Part shown: in pieces, positions 9,950 to 17,922 of the stretch | Position numbering within the stretch: the first letter of the stretch is position 1 | Layout: the number at the start of each line of letters is the position of its first letter | Source of the DNA: an uncultured Clostridia bacterium | GTDB lineage: Bacteria; Bacillota; Clostridia; Christensenellales; UBA1242 | Assembly: GCA_944381135.1 (NCBI GenBank) | Contig: CALWJY010000001.1 | Span: forward strand, 217,306 to 281,305 | DNA length: 64,000 nt | Direction: 5' to 3' | Translations under genes and position numbers: made by a program | Notes under the pieces: model-generated | Database searches by the model: none | Seen by the model: the letters and a program-made list of their open reading frames with translations, nothing else | What the model was told of the DNA's origin: nothing

Positions 9950-12370
9950 TCATTTTGCCACAATCAAGTTGACAATCTTGTTTGGAATATGGATGACTTT
10001 TTTGACATCATCTTCAGAGCAAATTTCAGGATATTTTTCATAAATAATTTTCAAAAGTTCTTCTTGAGAGATGTCTCTTGCAACCGAAATCACCTGTTTC
10101 AACTTTCCATTCACTTGCACAGGAAGATTTATGCTGTCTTCAATCAAGAATTTTTCGTCAAATTTTGGCCATGTTTCATCCAAAATTTGAGACCCAAACA
10201 CTCTTTCAAAAATTTCACTTGTGATGTGTGGAGCAAGAGGGTTGAGCAAAATCAAAAATTGACGCAATTCCTCTTTGGTTATGAATTTGTCGTCTCGAAT
10301 TTTCTTGACAAAAATCATGAAAGCCGAAATGCATGTGTTGAGTTTCAAATCTTCCAAATCTTCTGTGACTTTTTTCATGAGTCTGTTAAGTTCGAAGATG
10401 TGTTCTTTGGAAACCCCGTCACCTTTCACCATGTCTTGCAATGACCAAACTTTGTCTAAAAATGCTGTGATTCCTGAAATGCCGTCATATGTCCAAGGTG
10501 TGTTGTCCTCATATCCGCCCAAGAAATGCACATGAAGTCGTGCCGCATCTGTGCCATATTTTTCAATGACTTCAAGCGGTGAAACCCCGTTTGCCGAACT
10601 TTTGCTCATCTTCTTGCCTTGGTCGTCTAAAATCAAACCACTTCCCATTTTTCTGATGAATGGGTCGCGCGTTGGCACTGCCCCAATTTCATAGAGGAAG
10701 TTTTGCCAGAAAAATGCATAAAGCACATGGCGCGTGATGTGTTCTGTTCCGCCGGTATAGCAATCCACACTGCCCCAATATTTCAACTTTTCAAAGTCCG
10801 CAAGAGCCTTGTCATTGTGCGGGTCGCAATATCTCAACCAATACCAACTCGACCCTGCCCAATTTGGCATTGTGTCAGTTTCTCGGCGCGCCGGTCTTCC
10901 GCACTTTGGACACTTGCAGTTCACCCAATCTGTCACTTTTGAAAGTGGAGAGTCGCCTTTTGCATTTGGCAAATAGTCATCCGTTTCAGGCAAAATCAAA
11001 GGCAAATCTTTCTCGTCAAGAGGCACAGTTCCGCAGTGGTCGCAGAAAATCACAGGGAAAGGTTCTCCCCAATATCTCTGACGGTTGAAAGACCAATCTT
11101 GCATTTTATAGTTGATTTGTCTTTTTCCAACGCCCATTGCAATTGTTTTTTCTGCAATTTTCTTCTTCGCCTCTCTCACAGGCATGCCATCAAATTCGGC
11201 AGAATTCATCATCTTGCTGTTTTTTGCAAGATATTCTTTCTTTTCAACCGCACAAGTCGAACAATCTCCGTCGATGACCTGAATCATCGGAATCCCAAAC
11301 GCTTTGGCAAAATCGAAGTCGCGTTGGTCGTGAGATGGAACTGCCATAACTGCACCAGTGCCATAACTTGCAAGCACAAAATCTGCCAAGAAAACAGGCA
11401 CTTTTGCATTGTTGACTGGGTTGACAACATAGAGGCCCTCAAGTTTGCAACCTGTCTTTTCTTTCAAATCAGAAATGCGGTCAAACTCACTTCGAAGTGC
11501 AGTTTTTTGACGATATTTCTCCACTTCATCAAAATTTTTGATTTTGTCTTTCAATTTGTCAACAAGTTCGTGTTCTGGTGCAAGCACAACAAAAGTGATG
11601 CCATAAATTGTTTCAATGCAAGTGGTGAAAATTTCAATTTGTCCAACTTTTTCATCTTTATCGTCAAACAAATCAAATGCAACTTGCATTCCCTCACTCT
11701 TTCCAATCCAATTTCGCTGTGCTTCTTTCAAATTTTCAGCCATTTGAATGCGGTCAACATTTTCAAGCAGTTTTTCTGAATATTCCTTCATTTTCAAGAA
11801 CCAAACTTCGCGTTCTTTTTGCACAACGTCTCCGCCACAACGATCACACTTTCCGCCTTGACTGTCTTCGTTTGAAAGCACCGTTTGGCAATTTGGACAG
11901 AAGTTGACAACACCTTTTTTCTTGTATGCTTTGCCATGTTTCAAAAGTTGCAAGAAAATCCACTGTGTCCAATGGTAATATTCCGGGTCGCTGGTGCAAA
12001 TTGTGCGGTCATAGTCAAAAGAGAGCCCAAGCATTTTTGATTGGTCAAGCACAGTTTTCATGCCATTTCGCACAAAGTCATGCGGATTAATTCCTTTTTT
12101 GATTGCCGCATTTTCAGCAGGAAGACCAAACGCATCGCCACCAATTGGGAAAAGCACGTTATACCCCTGAAAACGCTTAAATCTTGCCAAAGCGTCGGCA
12201 GGAATTGTGCCTTTCAAATGCCCCATATGAAGATTTCCGCTGATGTTGTAGAATTCATACAAAACATAATATTTTGGTTTTGTTGGATGAAAGTCAATTG
12301 CCTGAAAACTCTTTTCCTTCACCCATTTTTCTTGCCATTTTTTTTCAATGTTTCTAAAATCATAATTCAT
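9950..12370 (-). CDS. leuS: Leucine--tRNA ligase
   Basis: The HIGH-type motif (HMGHLKG), KMSKS and the class Ia LeuS layout are present. I chose the ATG at 12370 (MNYDFRNIEKKWQEKW) because of its GAGAGG SD. Confidence 0.95.
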   Translation of the reverse strand: MNYDFRNIEKKWQEKWVKEKSFQAIDFHPTKPKYYVLYEFYNISGNLHMGHLKGTIPADALARFKRFQGYNVLFPIGGDAFGLPAENAAIKKGINPHDFVRNGMKTVLDQSKMLGLSFDYDRTICTSDPEYYHWTQWIFLQLLKHGKAYKKKGVVNFCPNCQTVLSNEDSQGGKCDRCGGDVVQKEREVWFLKMKEYSEKLLENVDRIQMAENLKEAQRNWIGKSEGMQVAFDLFDDKDEKVGQIEIFTTCIETIYGITFVVLAPEHELVDKLKDKIKNFDEVEKYRQKTALRSEFDRISDLKEKTGCKLEGLYVVNPVNNAKVPVFLADFVLASYGTGAVMAVPSHDQRDFDFAKAFGIPMIQVIDGDCSTCAVEKKEYLAKNSKMMNSAEFDGMPVREAKKKIAEKTIAMGVGKRQINYKMQDWSFNRQRYWGEPFPVIFCDHCGTVPLDEKDLPLILPETDDYLPNAKGDSPLSKVTDWVNCKCPKCGRPARRETDTMPNWAGSSWYWLRYCDPHNDKALADFEKLKYWGSVDCYTGGTEHITRHVLYAFFWQNFLYEIGAVPTRDPFIRKMGSGLILDDQGKKMSKSSANGVSPLEVIEKYGTDAARLHVHFLGGYEDNTPWTYDGISGITAFLDKVWSLQDMVKGDGVSKEHIFELNRLMKKVTEDLEDLKLNTCISAFMIFVKKIRDDKFITKEELRQFLILLNPLAPHITSEIFERVFGSQILDETWPKFDEKFLIEDSINLPVQVNGKLKQVISVARDISQEELLKIIYEKYPEICSEDDVKKVIHIPNKIVNLIVAK

Positions 12371-12474
12371 AATTTTGCCTCTCAATTTCAAATAAATTCA
12401 CAGAATAAAATCAAAAAATCTGTAAAATTCTCATAATCACAACATAAATTTTCCTTGCAATTTGGTCTTTTTTT

Positions 12475-12505
12475 CAATATAGTTTCTTTGCAATACAGTT
12501 TCTTT
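12475..12505. repeat. Tandem direct repeat, two copies of CAATA(T/C)AGTTTCTTT with 16-nt period
   Basis: The copies at 12475-12489 and 12491-12505 differ at one base. They lie in the leuS upstream region. Confidence 0.6.
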
Positions 12506-12547
12506 TAAATGCTAAAAATGCAACCCGAAAACTAAAATCGCAAATCG

Positions 12548-13258
12548 TCAACCTTTCTTTTCGTTCTTAAACAAAACTGACGAAAGTGAAATCAGCAACA
12601 GCCCAGGAATGTAGAGATAATATGAAAGGTCGTTACTTGTGATAAACTCAAAAAATCTTCCGGAAGTTCCCAAAATTTCTGCCCATCCGCCAAGTGTCAG
12701 CATTCCAAAAAACTGACTTGCAAAGAAAAGCAAAAATCCCAAAAAAAGAAGCCAATCTTTTTTGATGTTCACAAGAAGCGCAAGCAGTGTGACAAAGGAG
12801 TTTATGAAACACATCATCTCAATGATTTGTGGCACCGTCAGCGTCCAATATCTTTCCGCCAAGAAGTATGCAATAAGACACAAGCCAACGCGTAGAGCAA
12901 TGTTCAAAATTTTAAGTCCAATCCCCTTGCAAAATGTCAAAGTGTAGAGAAAATAGACAAACTGCAAACCGCAAAGGATGTAAAGCACCAAATTTGCAAC
13001 TGTGGCATGTTCTGGCATAAGCACAAAAAAATAGTCTGCCACAACATTAACAGCAAGTGCAAAAGTTATCAGTGCTTTGCTGTTTTTAACTTTCAAAAAC
13101 AGAAGTGAAAGCACAAAACATGTGGCAACACACGCAAAAGACAAAGCGTTATGTGTGACATCTCCAACAAAAATCACATAAAAGAACATGGCAAACACAG
13201 CCACAGCAAACAAAAAGCATGTAAAAATTTTTAAAAACCGAGACTTTTTATTTTCCAT
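12548..13258 (-). CDS. Polytopic membrane protein, family not recognised
   Basis: The 236-aa ORF is almost entirely hydrophobic helices. It has no SD, and the ATG lies 6 nt downstream of an extended -10. Confidence 0.65.
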   Translation of the reverse strand: MENKKSRFLKIFTCFLFAVAVFAMFFYVIFVGDVTHNALSFACVATCFVLSLLFLKVKNSKALITFALAVNVVADYFFVLMPEHATVANLVLYILCGLQFVYFLYTLTFCKGIGLKILNIALRVGLCLIAYFLAERYWTLTVPQIIEMMCFINSFVTLLALLVNIKKDWLLFLGFLLFFASQFFGMLTLGGWAEILGTSGRFFEFITSNDLSYYLYIPGLLLISLSSVLFKNEKKG

Positions 13259-13264
13259 ATGAAT

Positions 13265-13292
13265 ATAATATCACATTTGTTCCAATTTACAA
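13265..13292 (-). promoter_or_regulatory. Promoter candidate giving a leaderless mRNA for 12548..13258 (-35 TTGTAA, 16 nt, TGaTATTAT, then 6 nt to the ATG)
   Basis: The -10 box is at 13265-13270 (minus strand). The ATG is at 13256-13258 and no SD is present. Confidence 0.45.
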
Positions 13293-13416
13293 AATATTTT
13301 GGAAGATTTTAGAATTAAATCTCGAAAAAATCAGAATTTTTCTTTCAGCACCCCTCCAAACTTCAAAGAAACGTCGCCCACACTTTTGCCAATCAATCAA
13401 AAACATGCAATTTTGC

Positions 13417-13446
13417 TTTACATTTTCAAATTGAAAAGTGTATAAT
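13417..13446 (+). promoter_or_regulatory. SigA-type promoter for the nucleoside hydrolase operon (-35 TTTACA, 18 nt, -10 TATAAT)
   Basis: TTTACA is at 13417-13422 and TATAAT at 13441-13446. AGGAG precedes the ATG at 13496. Confidence 0.55.
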
Positions 13447-13495
13447 GAATTGTTACGTCAAAGAAAAAAATCACAAATCAGGAGACATCTAAATT

Positions 13496-14692
13496 ATGAA
13501 AAAATTTAAAGTTATCATTGACACAGACCCAGGAGTTGACGACACCACAGGACTTGTGTATGCCATGCACGACCCACAATTCGACATAAAACTCATCACA
13601 ATTTCAAATGGGAACATCAACATAGACAATGCCACGCGCAACATGTGTCATTTGCTTGATTTGTTTCATAAAGACATTCCTGTTGTGAAAGGATACCGCA
13701 AGCGTCTCGGAGATTCCAAAGAGGATGCAATTTTTTTGCACACAAAAGAAGGTCTTGGCGGATACATTCCACCAAAAACAACCACTCACCAACCTCTTGA
13801 TGTGGATGCAGCCGACGCAGTGTATGAAGTTTTGAAGGCAAATCCAAAAGAAATCACCATGATAATTCTCGGCACTCACACAAATTTTGCAAATCTTCTC
13901 ATCAAACACCCTGATGCAAAAGACCTTGTCAAACAAATTGTCATGGAAGGTGGCGCTCCATTTGGCACAAAAAGTGACCCAAACCACAACTCTTTCAACA
14001 TTCGGACAGATGCCCCTGCATTTAAGCACACAATTGACAGCAAAATTCCAACCACAATGGTGCCATCCAGCATAGGCAGAGACTGCGGACATTTCACAGA
14101 AGAAATGGTGGAAGAAATCAAAAACATGAATGATGTCGGCAAGTTTTTAAATTTGACCTATCAAACATATTGGGAACCAAACTATCCAGACCGCCGAATT
14201 GCCAACAACGACATCTGCGCAATCAATCTTCTCACACATCCGCACCTATATAAAACCAAGCGCGCAAACATCGAACTTGATGTCGAAACTGGCAAAACCA
14301 CAGCAATTTTCACACGCAAAGGCACTTTCAAAATTGCCTATGGCTTAAGACGCAAAAAATTCATCAAATTGCTTTTCAAAAAACTTCATGAAATGGATGA
14401 CATAAAAATTCCTGAACTTGCCAAACAAGACGAACTAAGAAAAGAGGCAGAGATGGAAAAGGAAAGAAAAGAACTTTCAGCAAAAGTCACAGCCCACAAA
14501 ACAAAAAGCAAAACAAAAGCCGAAACAAAAACAAGCGAAACGTCAAAGGCGAAGAGAACAACAAAAACAGCCAGTGCAAAAACCTCAACCAAAAAGGAAA
14601 ACGGAACGACAACAAAAACAACCGCAAAGCAGAAAGCACAAAGTCCAGCAAAAAAGAAAACTCAAACAAAAAACAAGAAAACCGAAGAATGA
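13496..14692 (+). CDS. Inosine/uridine-preferring nucleoside hydrolase with a roughly 90-aa Lys/Thr/Ala-rich C-terminal tail
   Basis: The N-terminal IUNH aspartate cluster IIDTDPGVDDTTGL is present. The tail reads KTKSKTKAETKTSETSKAKRTTKTASAKTSTKK... Confidence 0.85.
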   Translation: MKKFKVIIDTDPGVDDTTGLVYAMHDPQFDIKLITISNGNINIDNATRNMCHLLDLFHKDIPVVKGYRKRLGDSKEDAIFLHTKEGLGGYIPPKTTTHQPLDVDAADAVYEVLKANPKEITMIILGTHTNFANLLIKHPDAKDLVKQIVMEGGAPFGTKSDPNHNSFNIRTDAPAFKHTIDSKIPTTMVPSSIGRDCGHFTEEMVEEIKNMNDVGKFLNLTYQTYWEPNYPDRRIANNDICAINLLTHPHLYKTKRANIELDVETGKTTAIFTRKGTFKIAYGLRRKKFIKLLFKKLHEMDDIKIPELAKQDELRKEAEMEKERKELSAKVTAHKTKSKTKAETKTSETSKAKRTTKTASAKTSTKKENGTTTKTTAKQKAQSPAKKKTQTKNKKTEE

Positions 14693-15249
14693 CACGCGCT
14701 CAAGAAAAATCAACCACACATCATGGCTTTGCACCCGTTTTTGACGAAAACTCCGAAATTTTGATTTTGGGAAGTTTTCCAAGTGTCAAAAGCAGACAAA
14801 ATGGGTTTTATTATGGCAACAAACAAAATCGTTTTTGGAAGATGTTGGAAGAAGTCTATGGCGAAAAAATTGAAGATGAAATTGAAGCAAAAAAATCGTT
14901 TGTCTTAAAACATAAAATCGCCTTATATGATGTTGTCGAAGAAAGCAATCTTTCTGGCTCGGCAGATGCCACACTTGAAAAATCAACATACACACCGTCT
15001 GACATTTCTTTTCTTCTGCCACCGCACACAAAGGTTGGGAAAATTTTGTGCAATGGCAAAACCGCGTTTGGCATTTTGACAAAAAATTTGAAAAAAGACA
15101 TTTCATGTCATTCAGATAAAAAATTAATCAAAAACCAAGAAAGACAGTCAGAAATTTGTGGCATACCAATTTTTTGTATGATGTCCACAAGCCCAGCCAA
15201 TCCTCGTTTTTCAGTGCAAGAGTGGAAAGAAATCTTGACGAAAGATTGA
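14689..15249 (+). CDS. UDG-superfamily DNA glycosylase, hypoxanthine/deoxyinosine-DNA glycosylase type
   Basis: I recognise the motif ILILGSFPSVKSRQNGFYYGNKQNRFW as the DNA-deoxyinosine glycosylase family. Its ATG forms an ATGA overlap with the upstream stop. Confidence 0.7.
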   Translation: MTRAQEKSTTHHGFAPVFDENSEILILGSFPSVKSRQNGFYYGNKQNRFWKMLEEVYGEKIEDEIEAKKSFVLKHKIALYDVVEESNLSGSADATLEKSTYTPSDISFLLPPHTKVGKILCNGKTAFGILTKNLKKDISCHSDKKLIKNQERQSEICGIPIFCMMSTSPANPRFSVQEWKEILTKD

Positions 15250-15403
15250 CCATCTTTTCATCATACAAAATAATAAATGAAAAACATCTTATTAAATTAA
15301 AGAAATAAAATTGATTTTATTTAATTTAACAAAAAAAACAAAATAAAAATGATTTTTTAATAAAATAATTAAATAAATTATAAATATAAAATAATTAATA
15401 AAA

Positions 15404-15456
15404 ATAAAACCTTTTTATATTCGGAAAAATCGCAAATAAAAAGGTTTTATTTTTTA
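15404..15456. terminator. Bidirectional terminator: perfect 15-bp inverted repeat ATAAAACCTTTTTAT / ATAAAAAGGTTTTAT
   Basis: The arms are at 15404-15418 and 15436-15450 with a 17-nt loop. T-runs lie on both outer sides. It sits between convergent genes in a 326-bp spacer that is nearly all A/T. Confidence 0.6.
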
Positions 15457-15575
15457 TTTCAAATAAAAAATAAAAACATAATATAATTAAAAAATATTAA
15501 AAAAATAAATTTTAATTTAAATAATTTAATTTAAAAATATTGCATTTTTAAATTAAAAATCAAAACAAATCAAAA

Positions 15576-15863
15576 TTAAATCAGTCTGTTTCCAAATGGT
15601 TTAACACGGCAAGCCTGAATTTCTACATTAAAAACAAAACCATCGCCTTTCCTATGGAAGCGCACCACCAAATCATCTGAAAGCAAAAAGAAATTTCTTG
15701 CAATCGGTGTGATTTCCTCTTTCAAAATTTCTGCAACTTGGTCTAAGTTCGTGAATTTATCCTTAATCAAAAGTTCGTTAATTCTGTCCAATGTCATCTC
15801 CTTTTTCAACAAAAATATGGTGTCTAAAATCACGTCCAACAAGTCATAAACAAACAAAAGCAA
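15576..15863 (-). CDS. minE: Possible MinE-like topological specificity factor
   Basis: It lies 40 nt downstream of minD and is 95 aa from a TTG start. It has a hydrophobic or amphipathic N-terminus. The stretch DRINELLIKDK..LDQVAEILKEEITPIARNF aligns by eye with MinE ERLKLVLIHDR..PELLELIKGEIIKVISNY. The start is uncertain, with an alternative ATG at 15797 or TTG at 15791. Confidence 0.45.
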   Translation of the reverse strand: MLLFVYDLLDVILDTIFLLKKEMTLDRINELLIKDKFTNLDQVAEILKEEITPIARNFFLLSDDLVVRFHRKGDGFVFNVEIQACRVKPFGNRLI

Positions 15864-15903
15864 ACATTCATTTCAAACGCAAAAACTTGAATCACAACAA
15901 TCA

Positions 15904-16695
15904 TCAAACCAACTTTTTGATGTTGCGTTTCAAATAGCCCACAAGCCCGCGATATTTGTAAGTGCAATCATAAATCTTTTTGCTTCCGTTATGTATGTTC
16001 TCGGACAATAACGTGAAGGCTCTTGCACTTTCTCCATCAAGCATAATTCGTCCGTCAGAGGACATCTTTCCAACCGTGTCATCTTCAGGAATGACGCCAA
16101 CAAGTGGCACACCCATCGCTTTGACAATGCTTTCAATGTTCATCATCTCGCCCGAAAGAAGCAAATCTCCGCGCATTCGATTGATGACCAAACCTTTCTT
16201 TTCAATTTGATATTCGCTCAAAAGACCAACCACCTTATCGGCATCGCGAATGGAAGAAAGATGAGGAGTCACCACAATCAACGCCTCATTTGCCGGATAG
16301 ACCGCCCTATGAAACCCCGCCTCAACACCTGCCGGACAATCAATCAAGATGTAGTCAAAAGAGTGGTCAATGATGTCAATGATGTTTTTGATGTGCTCAC
16401 CCGTGATTTTGCTGGAAGAATAAGTGTGAGATGACGGCAAAAGATAGAGTGATGGATATTTCGGGTCTTGCAACAGTGCCTGCCTCACACGGCACTTGCC
16501 AGAAACCACATCCGTCACATCAAAGATGACCTGTCGCTCCAGCCCCATAATCACATCCAAATTGTTGAGGCCAATGTCCACATCCATCAAAACCACGCGA
16601 AAACCAAGTCTTGAAAGATAGACCCCCAAATTTGCGCAAATGGTTGTTTTTCCAACACCACCCTTTCCACTTGTGATGACAATTTTTCGTGCCAT
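15904..16695 (-). CDS. minD: Septum site-determining ATPase MinD
   Basis: MARKIVITSGKGGVGKTT (deviant Walker A) and DVDIGLNNLD are present. The ATG at 16695 has a GAGGTG SD. Confidence 0.9.
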   Translation of the reverse strand: MARKIVITSGKGGVGKTTICANLGVYLSRLGFRVVLMDVDIGLNNLDVIMGLERQVIFDVTDVVSGKCRVRQALLQDPKYPSLYLLPSSHTYSSSKITGEHIKNIIDIIDHSFDYILIDCPAGVEAGFHRAVYPANEALIVVTPHLSSIRDADKVVGLLSEYQIEKKGLVINRMRGDLLLSGEMMNIESIVKAMGVPLVGVIPEDDTVGKMSSDGRIMLDGESARAFTLLSENIHNGSKKIYDCTYKYRGLVGYLKRNIKKLV

Positions 16696-16714
16696 AGAAA
16701 ACACCTCTATGACC

Positions 16715-16743
16715 ATTATAAAATCAAACTCACACAAAATCAA
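16715..16743 (-). promoter_or_regulatory. SigA-type promoter for minD (-35 TTGATT, 17 nt, -10 TATAAT)
   Basis: The -10 box is at 16715-16720 and -35 at 16738-16743 (minus strand). It lies downstream of the mreB terminator. Confidence 0.5.
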
Positions 16744-16880
16744 AGCAAGAAACCAACCAAAACCCGCGAAATCTGTCTTATTTTAGATGTTATTCTAAAA
16801 CCACATAAAAGCACAACTTGGATAAAGATTAATTTGCACAAAGGTTGCATTTAACACAACAAAAACCCAAAACATTTTTC

Positions 16881-16910
16881 AAAAAATAAAAAAGGACAAT
16901 GTCCTTGTCC
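16881..16910 (-). terminator. Rho-independent terminator of mreB
   Basis: The minus strand reads TAA-GGACAAGGACATTGTCC-TTTTTTTATTTTTT immediately after the mreB stop. Confidence 0.6.
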
Positions 16911-17912
16911 TTATAATTTTTCAATAATGCTTTCCAAAAGTTGAGGGTCTGAAAGCAATTTCCCTGCCCCAAGAATTGTCACATTGTCGGCATCTTCTGA
17001 AATTTCAACAGGATAGCCAAGATGTTTTTTGAGATAATCATCCAGCCCTTGAATTTTTGAACCTCCGCCCACAATCAAAATTTTGTTGTTGATGATGTCT
17101 GTGACAATTTCAGGTGGAAGTGTGTTGATTGTTGTGTCAATTGCACGCACAATTTCGCTATAGAATGGCTCAATTGCCTTTCTCAAATCAGTTGAAAGCA
17201 CAACCACCGTTTTTGGCGTTTTTGTCTGTGCGTCCACGCCCGTGATTTCCATGTTAAGCATGTCATTTTCATACAAACTTCCAACCTCATTTTTCAAAGC
17301 TTCCGCAGTTGGAAGCCCAATCACAAAACCTTGTGTGTATGCCAAAAAGTTGACAATGGAGGCGTCAATTCTTTTTCCGCCAATGCCAAGTGTTGCACCT
17401 TTAATTATGCTTGACATATTGATGACACCAATTTCAGTGGCAGTTCCGCCAATGTCAACCACCATGTTGACTTTCGAACTGTCAATGTTTCGCCCCTCAC
17501 CCACGCAAGAACAAAGCACGGATGGCACAAGCACAACATTCCCCAAATTTGACGCTTCACAAACATTCAAAATGTTTTCTTTTTCATGCGCAGAAAGTCC
17601 GCAAGGCACAATGAAAATGGCATTGTCTTCATACGGACGAAAACCAACTTTGCTCAAAAAATGTTTCAAAAGCACAACAGAATATTCAAAATTAGAATGG
17701 TCTCCGCTGACAATAGGAGTGAAAATTTCGACATTATCTTTCGTTTTCCCCACCAATTTCTTGGCGTCATTTCCCATGGCAATCACTTTATATCCGTCTT
17801 CAGATGGTTCGGCAGCAATCAGCGTTGGTTCTTTCAATGCAAGCCCTTCACCCTTCACATATATGCATGTGTAGCCACCACCCATTTCAATTGCATACTT
17901 GATTTTTCTCAT
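16911..17912 (-). CDS. mreB: Rod-shape actin homologue MreB/Mbl, divergent
   Basis: EPTLIAA...VIAMGNDAKKLVGKT..., DIGGTATEI and IVGGGSKIQGL match the MreB layout. The ATG at 17912 has an AGGAGG SD. Confidence 0.85.
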   Translation of the reverse strand: MRKIKYAIEMGGGYTCIYVKGEGLALKEPTLIAAEPSEDGYKVIAMGNDAKKLVGKTKDNVEIFTPIVSGDHSNFEYSVVLLKHFLSKVGFRPYEDNAIFIVPCGLSAHEKENILNVCEASNLGNVVLVPSVLCSCVGEGRNIDSSKVNMVVDIGGTATEIGVINMSSIIKGATLGIGGKRIDASIVNFLAYTQGFVIGLPTAEALKNEVGSLYENDMLNMEITGVDAQTKTPKTVVVLSTDLRKAIEPFYSEIVRAIDTTINTLPPEIVTDIINNKILIVGGGSKIQGLDDYLKKHLGYPVEISEDADNVTILGAGKLLSDPQLLESIIEKL

Positions 17913-17922
17913 GCTTTCCTCC

